A DNA stretch of 64,000 nucleotides, taken from NCBI GenBank assembly GCA_963821525.1, contig CAWGED010000019.1:288001-352000 (forward strand). The letters are read 5' to 3'. Shown one piece after another: positions 21,134 through 34,000 of the stretch (positions are counted from its first letter, which is position 1; the number at the start of each line of letters is the position of its first letter). A program made the translations under genes and the position numbers. The notes below the pieces were generated by a model that saw nothing but the letters and a program-made list of their open reading frames with translations, was not told where the DNA came from and did not search any database. The stretch comes from an uncultured Gemmatimonadales bacterium (GTDB lineage: Bacteria; Gemmatimonadota; Gemmatimonadetes; Gemmatimonadales; GWC2-71-9).

Positions 21134-21979
21134 ATGGATCTCAAACAGATGCAGGACCCGCTGGGCTTGCTGCGGCTGGGCTACGCCAAGCCGTTGCTCG
21201 AGCTTCAGGTGCGGCGCTGGCGGGACGGGATGGTTGAGGAACGGACGGAGCCGGTGGTGGAGGAAACCCCGGTGGCGGTGGTGTACAATGGGGTGCCACA
21301 CGTGGTCATGATGGCCACCCCGATCGATCTCGAAGACTTCGTGCTGGGATTCAGCCTCACCGAGGAATTGATCCGCACTCCGGCCGATCTGCTTTCGCTC
21401 GAAATCGTGCGCTATAGCCAGGGGATCGAAATCCAGGTCACGGTCAGTCCCGAATGCGACGCGGTGATCGCGGGGCGCACCCGCCGGCTTACCGGACGCA
21501 CCGGATGTGGCATCTGCGGCAGCGACAGCATCGCAGTCGTGCTGAAGGAACCTCGACAGGTCCCGGCGGGAACTCCGGTACCGCCGGCCTCGATTCAGAC
21601 GGCGCTTGAAGCGCTGACCGAGCGGCAGGATCTGAATGCGGCGACCGGCGCGGTCCACGCCGCGGCGTGGGCCTCGGCCAACGGCTCGATCGAACTGGTT
21701 CGGGAAGACGTGGGTCGGCACAACGCGCTCGACAAGCTCATCGGCGCCGCAGTGAAGCAAGGGGTTGATCCGGCGACGGGCTTTGTGGTGGTCACCAGTC
21801 GCGCGAGCTTCGAAATGGTTCAGAAGGCCATGATCCTGGGTGCCCCGCTCCTCGCCGCGATCTCGGGACCCACTGGACTCGCGGTGCGGGTAGCGGAGCA
21901 GTCAGGGATGACGCTGGTGGGGTTTGCGCGGAAGGACAAACTGACGGTGTACACCCACCCCGACCGGGTGGTGAGCTAA
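21134..21979 (+). CDS. fdhD: Formate dehydrogenase accessory sulfurtransferase
   Basis: MMATPIDLEDF, GCGICG, TGAVHAAA, EDVGRHNALDKLIG, SRASFEMVQK. Confidence 0.92.
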   Translation: MDLKQMQDPLGLLRLGYAKPLLELQVRRWRDGMVEERTEPVVEETPVAVVYNGVPHVVMMATPIDLEDFVLGFSLTEELIRTPADLLSLEIVRYSQGIEIQVTVSPECDAVIAGRTRRLTGRTGCGICGSDSIAVVLKEPRQVPAGTPVPPASIQTALEALTERQDLNAATGAVHAAAWASANGSIELVREDVGRHNALDKLIGAAVKQGVDPATGFVVVTSRASFEMVQKAMILGAPLLAAISGPTGLAVRVAEQSGMTLVGFARKDKLTVYTHPDRVVS

Positions 21980-22944
21980 CCTCGTTGCACTCCCTCGGCC
22001 TGACGCACCGGGCCGCGACTCTGCACGTACTTCCAGCCGAATCTCCCCTTGATACAGAGATTACCGCGAGTCACCTCGTGGTCCAGCGGGGAGGTGACCT
22101 TCACGATCTCGTTGTCCTGCACGTGGAGTTCGAGGGTGCAGCCCACTCCGCAGTAGGGACAGATCGTCGGGGTAACGGATTGCCGGGACTCATCCCAGGT
22201 TCCCGCCGCACGGTGGTCGTGCTCCGACTTGAACATCAAGGCTCCGGTAGGACACACCGCGATACAGTTGCCGCAGTAGACACACGCCGAGTCGGGGAGC
22301 GGGACCGCGAATTCAGTCGAGATGCGGGCATCGAAGCCCCGGCCCGCTACCGTCAACGCGTAGGTGTTCTGGAAGTCTTTCCCGCAGGCTTCGACACACT
22401 TGTAGCAAAGGATGCACTTGCCGTAGTCCCGGACGTAAAGCTCGTTGTCCACTTTCGTCGGCTGGGCGACGGTCGCGCGATAGGCCGGATCGGGTGGCGC
22501 ATGGTGACCCGGCTGCAGGCTGTCGCGCAGCCCGGCGGGCGAGGGTGGAGCGGCGGGCCCGTAACGCTCCCGGTCGGCGTGATATTCCTCTTCCCACCGT
22601 TCCGCGTCCGGCGTGGTGCTCAGATCCACCGAAGACGAGAGGAATTCCAGAACCATCTTCCGGCTGTGCCGGACCCGTTCGGTGTTGGTCCGCACCACCA
22701 TTCCCGGTTCCACCTTCCGGGAGCAGGATGGCACCAGCACTCGCGACCCTTCGACCTCTACCACGCAGACCCGGCACACATTGACCGGATGCAGGGTTTC
22801 GAGGTAGCAGAGCGTCGGGATTTCCTTGTCCCGCTGCCGGCATGCCTCGTAGATCGTGGTGCCTTCGGGGACCTGGACCGTTTCGTCATCGATCTTGAGG
22901 TCGACGGTACGGCGCAAAGGCTCGAGCTGAACGAGCGGGGTCAT
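21976..22944 (-). CDS. FDH Fe-S subunit (2Fe-2S, 2x4Fe-4S and C-terminal Molybdop_Fe4S4 domain)
   Basis: IPTLCY...CRVCVVE, CILCYKCVEAC, CVYCGNCIAVCP, TICPYCGVGC...LCIKGRFG. Confidence 0.88.
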   Translation of the reverse strand: MTPLVQLEPLRRTVDLKIDDETVQVPEGTTIYEACRQRDKEIPTLCYLETLHPVNVCRVCVVEVEGSRVLVPSCSRKVEPGMVVRTNTERVRHSRKMVLEFLSSSVDLSTTPDAERWEEEYHADRERYGPAAPPSPAGLRDSLQPGHHAPPDPAYRATVAQPTKVDNELYVRDYGKCILCYKCVEACGKDFQNTYALTVAGRGFDARISTEFAVPLPDSACVYCGNCIAVCPTGALMFKSEHDHRAAGTWDESRQSVTPTICPYCGVGCTLELHVQDNEIVKVTSPLDHEVTRGNLCIKGRFGWKYVQSRGPVRQAEGVQRG

Positions 22945-24825
22945 CGGGTGGATCCGTTGAACAGGTGAAGGCGTTTGACCGCCGACTCGACGGCGCTATA
23001 GGCGGTCTGCCCCAGACCGCAGATGGACGCGTCCTTCATCGCAACGCCGATCTCCTCGAGCAATGCCAGCTCCCCGGCTGTTCCACCACGAGTCTTGGCC
23101 GACTTGAGCCGGTGGAGCGCTTCCTCCTGGCGGACGGTTCCCACCCGGCAGGGCACGCACTGGCCGCAGGACTCGTCCCGGAAGAAGGCGGCGACCCGCA
23201 GGATGATGTCCATCATGTCGATCGTGTCGTCGAAAACCATGATGACGCCGGAGCCCAGGGTCGCTTGCGCCGCGCGCGCTCCCTCGAACGTCAGCGGCAT
23301 GTCGAGCTCGTCAGGACGCACGAAGACGCCGGCTGCACCGCCCAGCAGAATCGCCTGGAGCTTGCGTCCCCCGGCGACGCCGCCGGCCATTTCCAGCAGC
23401 TGGCGCAGGGTCGCCCCGAAGGGCACCTCGTAGGTTCCGGGCCGGGTCACATTGCCGGAGAGGCAGAAGAGCCGAGGGCCAGCGGAACCTTCGGTACCGA
23501 TCTTGGCATAAGCGGGTCCGCCGATGCGCAGGATCTCGAGCACGTTGACCAGCGTTTCAACGTTGTTGATGACCGTGGGTTTGCGGAACACACCGGACTG
23601 CACCGGGAACGGAGGCTTGTTCCGCGGCTCGCCGCGGAAACCTTCGATCGAGTTGAAGATCGCCGTCTCTTCCCCGCAGATGTACGCGCCCCCGCCTTTG
23701 CGGATCTCGATGTCGAAGTGGAAGCCGTGACCCAGGATGTCTTCTCCGAGGAACCCGCGAGCGCGTGCCGTGTCGAGGGCATTCATCAGGCGCTCGTAGG
23801 CCAACGGATACTCACCGCGCAGGTAAATGAAGCCTTCCTCGCAACCGGTAGCATAGGCCGCGATGGTCATCGCCTCGACCAGCCCGAAGGGATCTCCTTC
23901 CATCAGGGCCCGGTCCTTGAAGGTGCCAGGCTCCGATTCATCCGCGTTGCAGATCAGGTAATGAGGCCGCACCGGCTGGCGCGCCACCGCGTCCCACTTC
24001 CGCCCGGTGGGAAACGCCGCGCCTCCCCGCCCCATCAGCTTCGCGTCGTTGACTTCGCGGATCACGCCTTCAGGACCCAACTCGATCGCCCGCCGAAGGG
24101 CCTGGTAGCCGCCGTTCGCGCGATACTCATCCAGACTCGTGGGATCGATGGAGTCGACCCGCCGGAGCAGCCGCAGATTCGCGTCACCCGCCTGCGGGAC
24201 CCGGGGATGGGGAGCGGTGGTCGCCTTGAGATCACCCGACAGCACCTCACCCACCGATGCGGCGGTCACTCCCCCGAACAGCCGGTCCACCGGGTTCTCT
24301 CCGGCGATCTGCAGCAGCGCAGCCGGCGCCTGATCGCAGAGGCCGAGGCAGGGACTACGGAGCCATACGGCGCCGTCGTCGGGAATCACGTGGTGATCAC
24401 CCTCCGGCCCATGGTGGTACGCGGGCCCGACCGTCCGCTCCAGCTCCTCGCACAACTCGGCCGCGCCCTTGCAACGGCACCCGATGTCATCACAGACGTG
24501 CAACACCCGGCGGGGGCGCGGCACGGTGGAGAGCAAAGCGTAGAAGGTCACAACGCCGTAGGCGTCGGCGGGCGGAACTCGTCAGCCGCTCGCAGACGTA
24601 GTTGAGCGCGCCCTCGCTGATCCAGCCCACGCGGGACTGAACCGCCTGAAGCGTTGGTAGCAGGAGATGCCGCTGGCCTCGAGCCGCATGGCCTCCGGCC
24701 GCGGTATGAGCATCCCGCTTCTGTCGCTCACCCCCCTCCCAACCGGAGGTGGGCTGACCGAGGAACGCGTCAACCGCTTCGCGCTCTTCGTCGGTCGGGT
24801 CGGCCTGCAGGAGATGGAGATCCAC
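22941..24825 (-). CDS. Fused NuoE/NuoF-like (FdsG-FdsB) NADH/FMN diaphorase subunit; frameshift near 24580
   Basis: LLPTLQAVQSRVGWIS, VCDDIGC, PCLGLCD, GRGGAAFPTG, NADESEPGTFKD, YICGEET, ESCGQCVPCR. An extra A restores the frame. Confidence 0.88.
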
Positions 24826-24844
24826 TGAGATTTCGTGAGAGGAA

Positions 24845-26782
24845 TCAGGACTCGGGGGAGCGCTTGACGGTCGGACGATCCGCCGCCGCCCGCACTGGCA
24901 CGACACTAATGGCGCAGGCCTTGAACTCGGCGGTGCCGGACTTCGGATCGGTGTAGTCCACCGTGAGGACGTTGGTCTTCACCAGATCCTGGAAGTGGAG
25001 GGTCATGAAACAGAGGCCTTTGCGCAGCGACCGGTCGATACGCACTGGTGCCACCACACTGCCTCGACGCGAAGCGATCCGCACCGGATCCCCGTCCATC
25101 AACCGCAGCTCCTTGGCGTCCTCGGGCGACATGTCCAGCGTCTCACCCCGCCGCAGTGGCGAGGAGTATCCGCCGGTCTGCACTCCGGTGTTGTAGGAAT
25201 CCAGCCGTCGGCCGGTGGTGAGCAGGAAGGGATACTCATCATCGGGTTGCTCGAGCGGCGGATCGTGCTCCACGACCGAGAACGGCGCCGGCGGTCCCTC
25301 GATCGGGTCCTTCCACAGGCGGCTGTGGAGGAATAGCTCTCCGGGATGGTTCTCGTCATAGCAGGGCCAGTGCAGGCCGCCTTCCTTCTCCAGTCTGGCG
25401 TAGCTCATGCCCGCGAAGTTGGGCGCCAGGCGACGCACTTCGTTCCAGACGGTTTCGGCCACCGGGGGACCCAGATCCACCCCCAGACGCTTCCCGATCT
25501 CGCAGATGATCCACATGTCATCGCGGGCTCCGCCGGGCGGCTCCAGCGCCTTGCGCAGTCGCTGCACCCTCCGCTCGCTGTTGGTGACCGTGCCCTCGGC
25601 CTCGCACCAGCTCGATGAGGCCGGGAAGACCACGTGTGCCAGCTCGGCGGTACGGGTAAGGAAGATGTCCTGTACCACCAGATGGTCGAGACCCTTCAGC
25701 AGCTCCTCGGTCCTGGTCTGGTCCGCCTCGGACTGGGCCGGGTTTTCCCCGATGACGTAGAGCGAACGCAACTCGCCGTGCTCCATCGCCTCGAACATCT
25801 GGGTCATGTGCTTCCCGTACTGCGGCTTGAGCGACACTCCCCACGCCTTTTCGAATTTTTGCCGGACCGCGGGGTCCGTGGTCCAGTCCTGGAAGCCGAC
25901 GAGGCGGTTGGGAATGGCGCCCATGTCGCCGCCGCCCTGGACGTTGTTCTGGCCGCGCAGCGGATTCACTCCCGATCCGTAACAGCCCACGTGGCCGGTG
26001 AGGAGCGAGAGGTTGATCAGCGAAAGGACGTTATCAACCGCATTGTGGTGCTCGGTGATCCCGAGGGTCCAGCAGATGACGGCCCGGTCGGCTCGCGCGT
26101 ACGCATGCGCCGCGCGCTGGATCACGTCCGCCGGAACACCGGTTTCCTGCTCGGCATACTTCAGCGTGTAGCGCTCCACCGCGTCGCGATAGTCGTCGAA
26201 ACCGGTCGTCGCCCGGCGGATGAACGCTTCGTTGGCGAGGCCCGCGTGGATGATCTCCCGCGCCATCGCATTGGACAGCGCAATGTCGGATCCGACATTC
26301 AGTCCGAGCCATTCATCGGCCCACTGCGCGGAGCTGGTACGACGCGGGTCCATGACATACATCCGGGCCCCGCGGTGAATCGCCTTCAGGACATGGTGGA
26401 AGAAAATCGGGTGATTCTCACGGGCGTTCGCTCCCCAGAGGAAGATGACGTCCGTCTCTTCCACCTCACGGTAGGAGCTGGTTCCCCCACCGACACCGAA
26501 CACCGTCGCCAGACCGACGACGCTAGGAGCGTGTCAGGTCCGGTTACAGCTGTCGATGTTATGGGTCCCGAATCCCACCCGCGCCAGCTTCTGGGCCAGG
26601 AAATTCATTTCGTTGCTGGCCTTCGAGCAGCTGAACGTGCCGATGGCGTCACCGCCATGCTTGTCGCGCACGGTGCGGAACCCCTCGGCCGCGAAGTTGA
26701 GCGCCTCGTCCCATGAAGCGGGACGCAGGCCGCCATTATCTCGGATCAGGGGCTCGGTGAGTCGGGTGAACTTCATCGCCAT
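24845..26782 (-). CDS. Selenocysteine-containing formate dehydrogenase catalytic subunit (645 aa with in-frame TGA at 26534-26536)
   Basis: NIDSCNRT-TGA-HAPSVVGL in one frame, matching FdhF DCCARV-U-HGPS; LRGQNNVQGGGD; TNSERRVQ; TAEFKACA. Confidence 0.92.
26504..26522 (-). promoter_or_regulatory. Bacterial SECIS hairpin
   Basis: Starts 11 nt after the UGA: CGUCGUC-GGUCU-GGCGACG (7 bp with one G-U), loop like the E. coli fdhF SECIS. Confidence 0.85.
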
Positions 26783-26885
26783 GAGAGACTCTTTCGAGGT
26801 GGTTGAGCCACAACCGGTAGACGTTCGGTTGTCACCTCAAGCTACATCGAACAATGGTATTCCAGAATAGAGGGCTGACACCGGG

Positions 26886-26921
26886 ATAGAGGCCTGCAAT
26901 CGGCCGATAGGCCTGACCGAT
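26886..26921. promoter_or_regulatory. Two LysR-type T-N11-A boxes upstream of the fdh operon
   Basis: ATAGAGGCCTGCAAT and ATAGGCCTGACCGAT, starts 21 bp apart. Confidence 0.45.
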
Positions 26922-26930
26922 GGAGTTCGG

Positions 26931-27860
26931 CTAACTCCGCTCCGGGACGAGGGGTTTGCCCTGCTCCAGGGACGCGGCGACGTCGATCGTGGTGCAGATT
27001 CGGGCCAGTTCGCGAGCGGAGGGGGTTAGCGGCTCCCGATCCGGCATCACCAGGCCTACCGTGTGGATCGCCTTGGGGTGCTCGATGGGAATGGCCCGCA
27101 GGCCCTCCGGCTCCCCAAAGAGATAAAGGAAGGTTTGCGACAATACGCTGGAGTATGCCAATGAACGCAGGTGCGACCACAACGTGAGGACGGAATTGGT
27201 TTGAATCGCGGGGTGCACTTCGGCGTCGGCGGCCCGGAAGTGGCCATCGAGAATCCGCCGATTCTGCATATCCGGTGTCAGCAGGCACAGGGGAACGGTC
27301 GCGGCTTCCGCCCACGAAATGCTGTCCCGGTGCGCCAGCGGGCCGTCCGCCGGCGTGAACAGGAAATAGCTCTCCCGGTACAGCGGGATGGTCCGCACGT
27401 TGGAGAGCGGCTCGTTATCGAGATAGGTAACCCCGACGTCGAGGGTGAAATCGTCGAGGCCCCGCTGAATCTCGATCGAGGCGAGCGACCACACGGTAAT
27501 CGTGACGTGCGGATGCTGGCGCGAGAACGGCAAGGTGAGGAGCGACACCATGGGCAGCGCCGTGGGGATCGCTCCGATGTGGAGCCGCCCGCGCAGCCCT
27601 CCCCGCAACTCGCTGGCTTCCTGTTCCAGACTCTCGCAGTCGGCGAGGATTCGCCGGGCCCATTCGAGCACCCGCTCGCCCTCCGGAGTCAGTCCCTCGA
27701 ATCGCTGTCCCCGTCTCACGATCAGCAATCCCAGCTCTTCCTCGAGCTGTTTGATGCCGGCAGAGAGGGTAGGCTGAGTCACCGTACACGCGGCTGCCGC
27801 GCGGGCGAAGTGCTTCTCATGCGCCAGCGCGGTCAGGTAGCGAAGGTTGCGGAGCAGCAT
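26931..27860 (-). CDS. LysR-family regulator (probable fdh regulator)
   Basis: HFARAAAACTVTQPTLSAGIKQLEEELG HTH; LTPDMQNRRILD. Confidence 0.9.
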   Translation of the reverse strand: MLLRNLRYLTALAHEKHFARAAAACTVTQPTLSAGIKQLEEELGLLIVRRGQRFEGLTPEGERVLEWARRILADCESLEQEASELRGGLRGRLHIGAIPTALPMVSLLTLPFSRQHPHVTITVWSLASIEIQRGLDDFTLDVGVTYLDNEPLSNVRTIPLYRESYFLFTPADGPLAHRDSISWAEAATVPLCLLTPDMQNRRILDGHFRAADAEVHPAIQTNSVLTLWSHLRSLAYSSVLSQTFLYLFGEPEGLRAIPIEHPKAIHTVGLVMPDREPLTPSARELARICTTIDVAASLEQGKPLVPERS

Positions 27861-28046
27861 GAGAGAGAAGCTACCCGGGGGGAACAGGGTCCGACAGCCC
27901 GCGACGCCCGTCCCATATCGTTATGATTTAGCAGACCGTCGCCTCGGGCGACGGAGCGAACGGAGCCGCAACGCGGCTCGTGGAGGTATAGATCGTAACG
28001 ATGAAGACGTCGCGCCTTCCGTACCCGCGCGCCGGCATTGCTGGTC

Positions 28047-31000
28047 ATGCCTGAGGCGCGCCTCTCTCCCCACCGCCGGTTCAAGAACCGCAGGCACAGT
28101 CGCGTCGAAAAACCGCTCCGCGCCGAGCTGCTGAGCATCGAGCGACTGGAAGAGCGGGCTCGCGCCCTCGCGGGAAGCTTCACCCTCGCCCGCCAGACGC
28201 AGATCGGCGACCGCCGCTTCTTCCGCCGGCTCGATGACAACGCCCGGGTTCTGCGCCAGACCTACAAGATCCTGGCCGAGGCGGTGCACCGCGAGGAGTT
28301 CGTGGCACCGGCTGCCGAGTGGCTGCTCGACAACTTCCACCTGGTAGAGGCAGAGATCCGGGGAGTCCGGCACGACCTGCCCCGGGAGTACTATCGCGAG
28401 CTCCCCAAGCTCGCTCCACGGGACATGACAGGCATGGCGCGAATCTACGCCATGGCGCTCGAGCTGATCAGCCATACCGACGGACGGTTGGACCGCGTCC
28501 AGCTGGTGCGGTTCATGACCGCCTACCAGAGCGTGGCCCCGCTCACCATCGGCGAGCTGTGGGCGTGGCCCAGCATGCTCAAACTGGCCTTGCTGGAGAA
28601 TCTCCGCCGCCTGGCCGACGAGACCCTGCAAAGCCGAGAGGCACGGCTTCTGGCCGAGAGGCATCTCGCTTCGCTCGATGGGCGCTCGCGGCAGCGAGGT
28701 CAACCGTCTCTCCCTGATGTCCTCGGTTCCGCCTATGTCGTGCACCTGCTGCAGCGAATGCGGGAGTACGGTGCCGGTGCATCCCGGCTCCAGGCCGCCG
28801 TTACAGAACGGCTGGCCAATGAGGGGACCACGGCGGAAGAAGTGATTCGGACCGAGCACCAGAATCAGGCGAGCGCGCAGGTGTCGGTCGCGAACGCCAT
28901 CACCAGTCTCCGACTCTGCTCCACCCTCGACTGGTCGCAGTACTTCGAGACGGTGAGCCTGGTGGAGCAGGTGCTGCAGCGCGACCCCTCCGGCGTGTAC
29001 GGGCGCATGGATTTTCTGAGTCGTGACCGCTACCGGCAGGCGGTCGAGGAATTGGCGGAACCGAGCGGCGAAGCACAGCTCCGTGTGGCGCTCCGCAGCG
29101 TCGAGAGCGCTCGGGCCGCCGCGGCGGCAAGCTCGGCCGAGCATCGGTCCGCGCACGTAGGATGGCATCTCATCGGGCGGGGCCGTCCCGACTTCGAAAC
29201 CGACGTCGCGTATCACCCGAAGTTCACCGCCCGGGCACGGCGCTTCGTCTTCGCCCACGGCACCGCGGTCTATCTCGGCGCGATCGGGCTCTGGACACTG
29301 GGACTGGTCGCCGGGGCAGCCGCCTATGTGCGAGGCTCCGGAGGAACCTTGGCCGGTGCGCTGTGGACGGCGGCGCTGCTGCTCCTCCCCGCGAGCGAAC
29401 TCGCGATCGCGGCGGTACAGCGTCTGGCTGCGCACCTGGTCCCGCCGCGGCGGCTGCCACGGCTCGATTTCCTGAACGGGATTCCTCAGGAAGCTCGGAC
29501 CATGGTCGTGATCCCAACACTGCTCACCAGCCCGGACGGAGTGGCACAGCTCCTGGAACACCTCGAGGTGGTGGCACTCGGGAATAGCGATCCTTTCATC
29601 CACTTCGCCCTCCTCACCGACTTCGCGGATGCCCCGGAAAAGGAGATGCCGGGAGATGCCGAGCTGCTGGAGGCGGCGCGCGCGGGGATCGCTGCCATGA
29701 ACCGGCGCCTGGGGGACGGGCGCGGCGATCTCTTCCATCTCTTCCATCGGGTGCGCCAGTGGAACCCTGGTGAAGGAGCCTGGATCGGCTGGGAGCGCAA
29801 ACGCGGGAAACTCGAGGAATTCAATCACCTGCTGCGCGGAGCGGGGGACACCAGCTTCATGGTTCATGAAGGGGATGCATCGGTGCTCCCCAATGTCCGC
29901 TACTGCATCACCCTCGACAGCGATACCCTGCTTCCTCGCAACGGCGCGCGAAAGCTCATCGGCATCATCGCCCATCCGCTGAACCGGCCGCACTTCGATC
30001 CACGGCTCCGCCGAGTCACCGAGGGTTACGGCATTCTCCAGCCGCGGGTGAGCGTGACGCAGGCCAGTGCCGCCGGTTCGCTGTTCGCGCGGGTATATGC
30101 CGGGCATACCGGGGTGGATCCCTATACCACCGCGGTGTCAGACACCTACCAGGACCTCTTCAACGAGGGGATCTACACCGGGAAAGGTCTCTACGACGTC
30201 GATGCCTTCATGGCGGCGCTGGATGGTCGGGTCCCTGAGAACGCCCTGCTCTCTCACGACCTGTTCGAGGGTCTTCACGCCCGTCCCGCGCTGGTGACCG
30301 ATGTGGAAGTGGTGGACGACTACCCCGCCAGCGTTCTGGCCTTTGCCCGGCGCCAGCACCGGTGGGCGCGAGGCGACTGGCAGATCCTCTTCTGGCTCTT
30401 CCCCGTGGTTCCCACCCGCAAGGGATTGGAGCGGAACACCCTTCCGACCATCTCCCGCTGGAAGATCCTGGACAATCTGCGGCGTACGCTGGTGGCGCCC
30501 GCAACAGTCGCCGCACTGGTGTGCGGGTGGCTGATCCTGCCCGGACATCCGCTGGCCTGGACGATTGGCATTGTCGCCACGCTCGCGTTTCCGCTCTATC
30601 CCCTGCTGTTACATCTGCTGGCCGGCCCGGGTCCCCAGGAGCCGAATCGGGTGTTCTTCCGGATTCTGATCGAGGATCTGAAGACCGGCGCGGCGCAGGT
30701 GCTGCTCCAGCTCACTTTCCTGGCGTATAACGCGTACCAGATGGTCCACGCCATCGCGCTGACCCTGGTTCGCCTCATCGTTACTCAGCGTCGTCTGCTC
30801 GAGTGGGAAACGGCCGCCTCCACAGCGAAACGCGCCGCCGGCATCTCGGGCCAGAGCGGGACCCGGTTCTTCTTCGGCCAAATGGTGGCGAGTCCGGTGA
30901 TCGCCGTCGTCATCCTCCTCCTGGTCGGAGGAGCGCGGCCCAGCGCGGTTCCCGCCGCGGCCCCGATCCTGATTCTGTGGGCGGCCGCTCCGGCCGTGGC

Positions 31001-34000
31001 CTACTGGCTGAGCCGGCCGGTCCCGGTACGGAGGCGTATTCCTTTGAGCGCCGAGGACCGGCTCCTTCTTCGGAACATCGCCCGAAAGACCTGGCGCTAC
31101 TTCGAGACCTTCATGGGTCCGGAGGACAACGGCCTCCCGCCGGACAACTTTCAGGAAGTCCCCGAGCCGGTCGTGGCGCACCGGACCTCGCCCACCAACA
31201 TCGCGATGGGCCTGCTCTCCACCCTCGCCGCGCACGACCTGGGCTACATCCGTACTCGCGAGCTGGTGGGGAAGCTCGAGGCGCTGCTCGATACCACCGA
31301 GGGCCTGGAGCGGCACGAGGGCCACCTGCTCAACTGGTATGACACTCGCACGCTGGCTCCCCTGCTACCGCGATACGTGTCCACCGTGGACAGCGGCAAT
31401 CTTGCCGGAGCTCTGCTTGCCCTCGCGGAAGGCCTGAGGCAGCTCGCAACCACACCTCAATCGGACGATCAGATCTGCCACGGACTGGGCGACACGGCGC
31501 GCCTTGCCTCACAGTCGGTTTCCCGTCTGAGTGAGGCACCGCAGCACCCCAACGAACCGGTATCGGCGCTGGGAACGGTCCTGGCCGCAATCGGGCGCGA
31601 GTTGGATGGAGGTGAAACGGCCGCAGCGTGCCTGAATGCCGCCGCGAAACTGGCGCCGGAGCTGAGCGGAGCGCTCGAACGGCTGAGTGCGAACCAATCG
31701 GCAACGCCGGACCTGAGCGAAGCGCTCTGGTGGTCACGGTCCGTGGAGAGCGCGCTGAAGGGATCAGCCATCAACGAGGATGGCCTGGCGAGCAAGCTTG
31801 AGGACCTGTCTGATCGCGCCCTGGCAATGGTCGAGAGCATGAACTTCGCGTTTCTCTACGACCGCCAGCGCCAGATCTTTTCGATCGGGTACCGTCTGCC
31901 CGACGCCGAGGGGCCCGGCCGGCTCGACACCTCCTACTACGATCTGCTGGCGTCCGAGGCGCGGCTCGCGAGTTTCGTCGCCATCGCCAAGGGCGATGTT
32001 CCCGAAAGCCACTGGTTCCACCTCGGCCGTCTGCTCACCAGCGTCAACGGCGCAGCGACCCTGCTGTCCTGGAGCGGCACCGCGTTCGAGTACCTGATGC
32101 CGCTCCTCATTATGCGCTCGTACTCCGAAACCCTGCTCGACCAATCCTGTCGTATGGCGGTCCGGCGCCAGGTGGAGTACGGCAAGCAGCAGGGTGTGCC
32201 CTGGGGCATTTCGGAATCGGGATTCAACGTGGTGGACCGCCACGGCAACTATCAGTACAAGGCATTCGGCGTTCCGGGCCTCGGCCTCAAACGCGGGCTG
32301 GGAGACGAGCTGGTCGTGTCTCCCTATGCCACTGCACTCGCCGCCCTGATGGAGCCGGCGACCGCGACGCAGAACTTCCGTCGGCTGACTCGCGCGGGCG
32401 GCGAAGGCGTCTACGGCTACTACGAAGCGATCGACTTCACCAACCGCCGGCTCGATCAGAGTGCGGCAGAGCTGATGACTCCCGTCCAGCGCGGGACGGT
32501 GGTTCAGGCCTACCTTGCGCATCACCAGGGGATGAGCCTCGTGGCGCTGGCGAACGTGCTCCTGGACAATCCGATGGTGCGCCGCCTCCACGCCGACCCA
32601 CGGGTGCAGGCGACGGCTCTGCTGCTGCAGGAGCGGATTCCCCGTCACGCGCCGCTCATGGAAGCCCGCCCGGTTGAGGAAACCCGGGTGCGGGCCCCGG
32701 CAACCGCGGCCTCGCTGCGGCGTTTCCGCTCACCACACACCCGGTATCCCCACGCCCAATTCCTGTCGAACGGCTCCTACACGACGGTTGTCACCAACGC
32801 CGGCGGCGGAGCGAGTTTCTGGCGTGATCGCGCCGTTACCCGGTACCGGGAGGATGCCACCTCGGATTACGGCAGTCAGTTCATCTACTTGCGTGATGTG
32901 CGCAGTGGAGCGATCTGGTCCGCCGCGTACCATCCCACCGGCCGCGAGGCCGATGACTACCTCGTCACCTTCCGGGCGGAGCGAGTCATCTACCGCCGTC
33001 GCGACGATGAGATCACGACTCAACTGGACATCGCCGTCTCTACCGAGGACGACGTGGAGGTGCGCCGCCTTTCAGTGACCAATCACAGCGACCGACCGTG
33101 CGAGCTGGAGATCACGAGTTACGCCGAAATCTCGCTGAGTCCGGTGCGGGACGACCTGGCGCATCCCGCCTTCAACAAACTCTTCGTTCAAACCGAATTC
33201 ATCCCCGAATCGCGCGCCCTGCTTTGCGGCCGACGGCTGCGCTCGCCAGATGAGGCTGGCGCCTGGGCGATCCATGTCTTGAGCGTGGAGGGCCGAATCC
33301 AGGGGGCGGTGGAGTGGGAAACCGATCGCGCCCGGTTCCTGGGGCGCGGTCGCGACCCCTCACGTCCGGTGGCACTCGACGGCCGCGCCTTGTCCGGGAC
33401 TACCGGTGCCGTGCTGGATCCCATCATGAGCCTGCGCCAGCGGATTCGCCTGGCGCCCGGGGGCTTCCTGCGGCTCTCCTTCTCGACTGGCATGGCTTCG
33501 AGTCGCGAGCAGGCCCTTGCCATGGCTCAGAAGTACCAGGATCCCAGCGCCGCCGCGCGGACCTTCACCCTCGCCCACACCCAGGTACAGAGCGCCCTGC
33601 GCCACCTGGGGATTTCCAGTGACGACGCATCGCTCTTCGAACGACTCGCCTCCAGAGTTCTCTACGGCGACGGATCTCTGCGCGCACCTCCAGACCTGCT
33701 GGCGCGCAATGAGCTCGGACAGGCCGGCCTCTGGCCCCACGGAATCTCCGGCGATCTGCCGATTCTGCTGGTTCGCGTGGTGGAGGAAGACGATTTGCCG
33801 CTGGTCCGCCAGGTACTTCAGGCTCAGGAATACTGGCGGCTCAAAGGCCTTCGTGCCGACGTCGTAGTGCTGAATGAGCATCCGGCGAGCTATCTCGACG
33901 AGATGCACGTTCAGCTCACCTCCCTCCTCGACACCGGCAACTGGGCCGCGTGGAAACACAAACCGGGCGGCGCCTATCTGCTTCGGGGCGATCGGATGAC

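Noticed and set aside
26534..26782. 82-aa ORF as a separate gene or a nonsense mutation
   Set aside because: It is the N-terminus of the Sec-containing FDH subunit.
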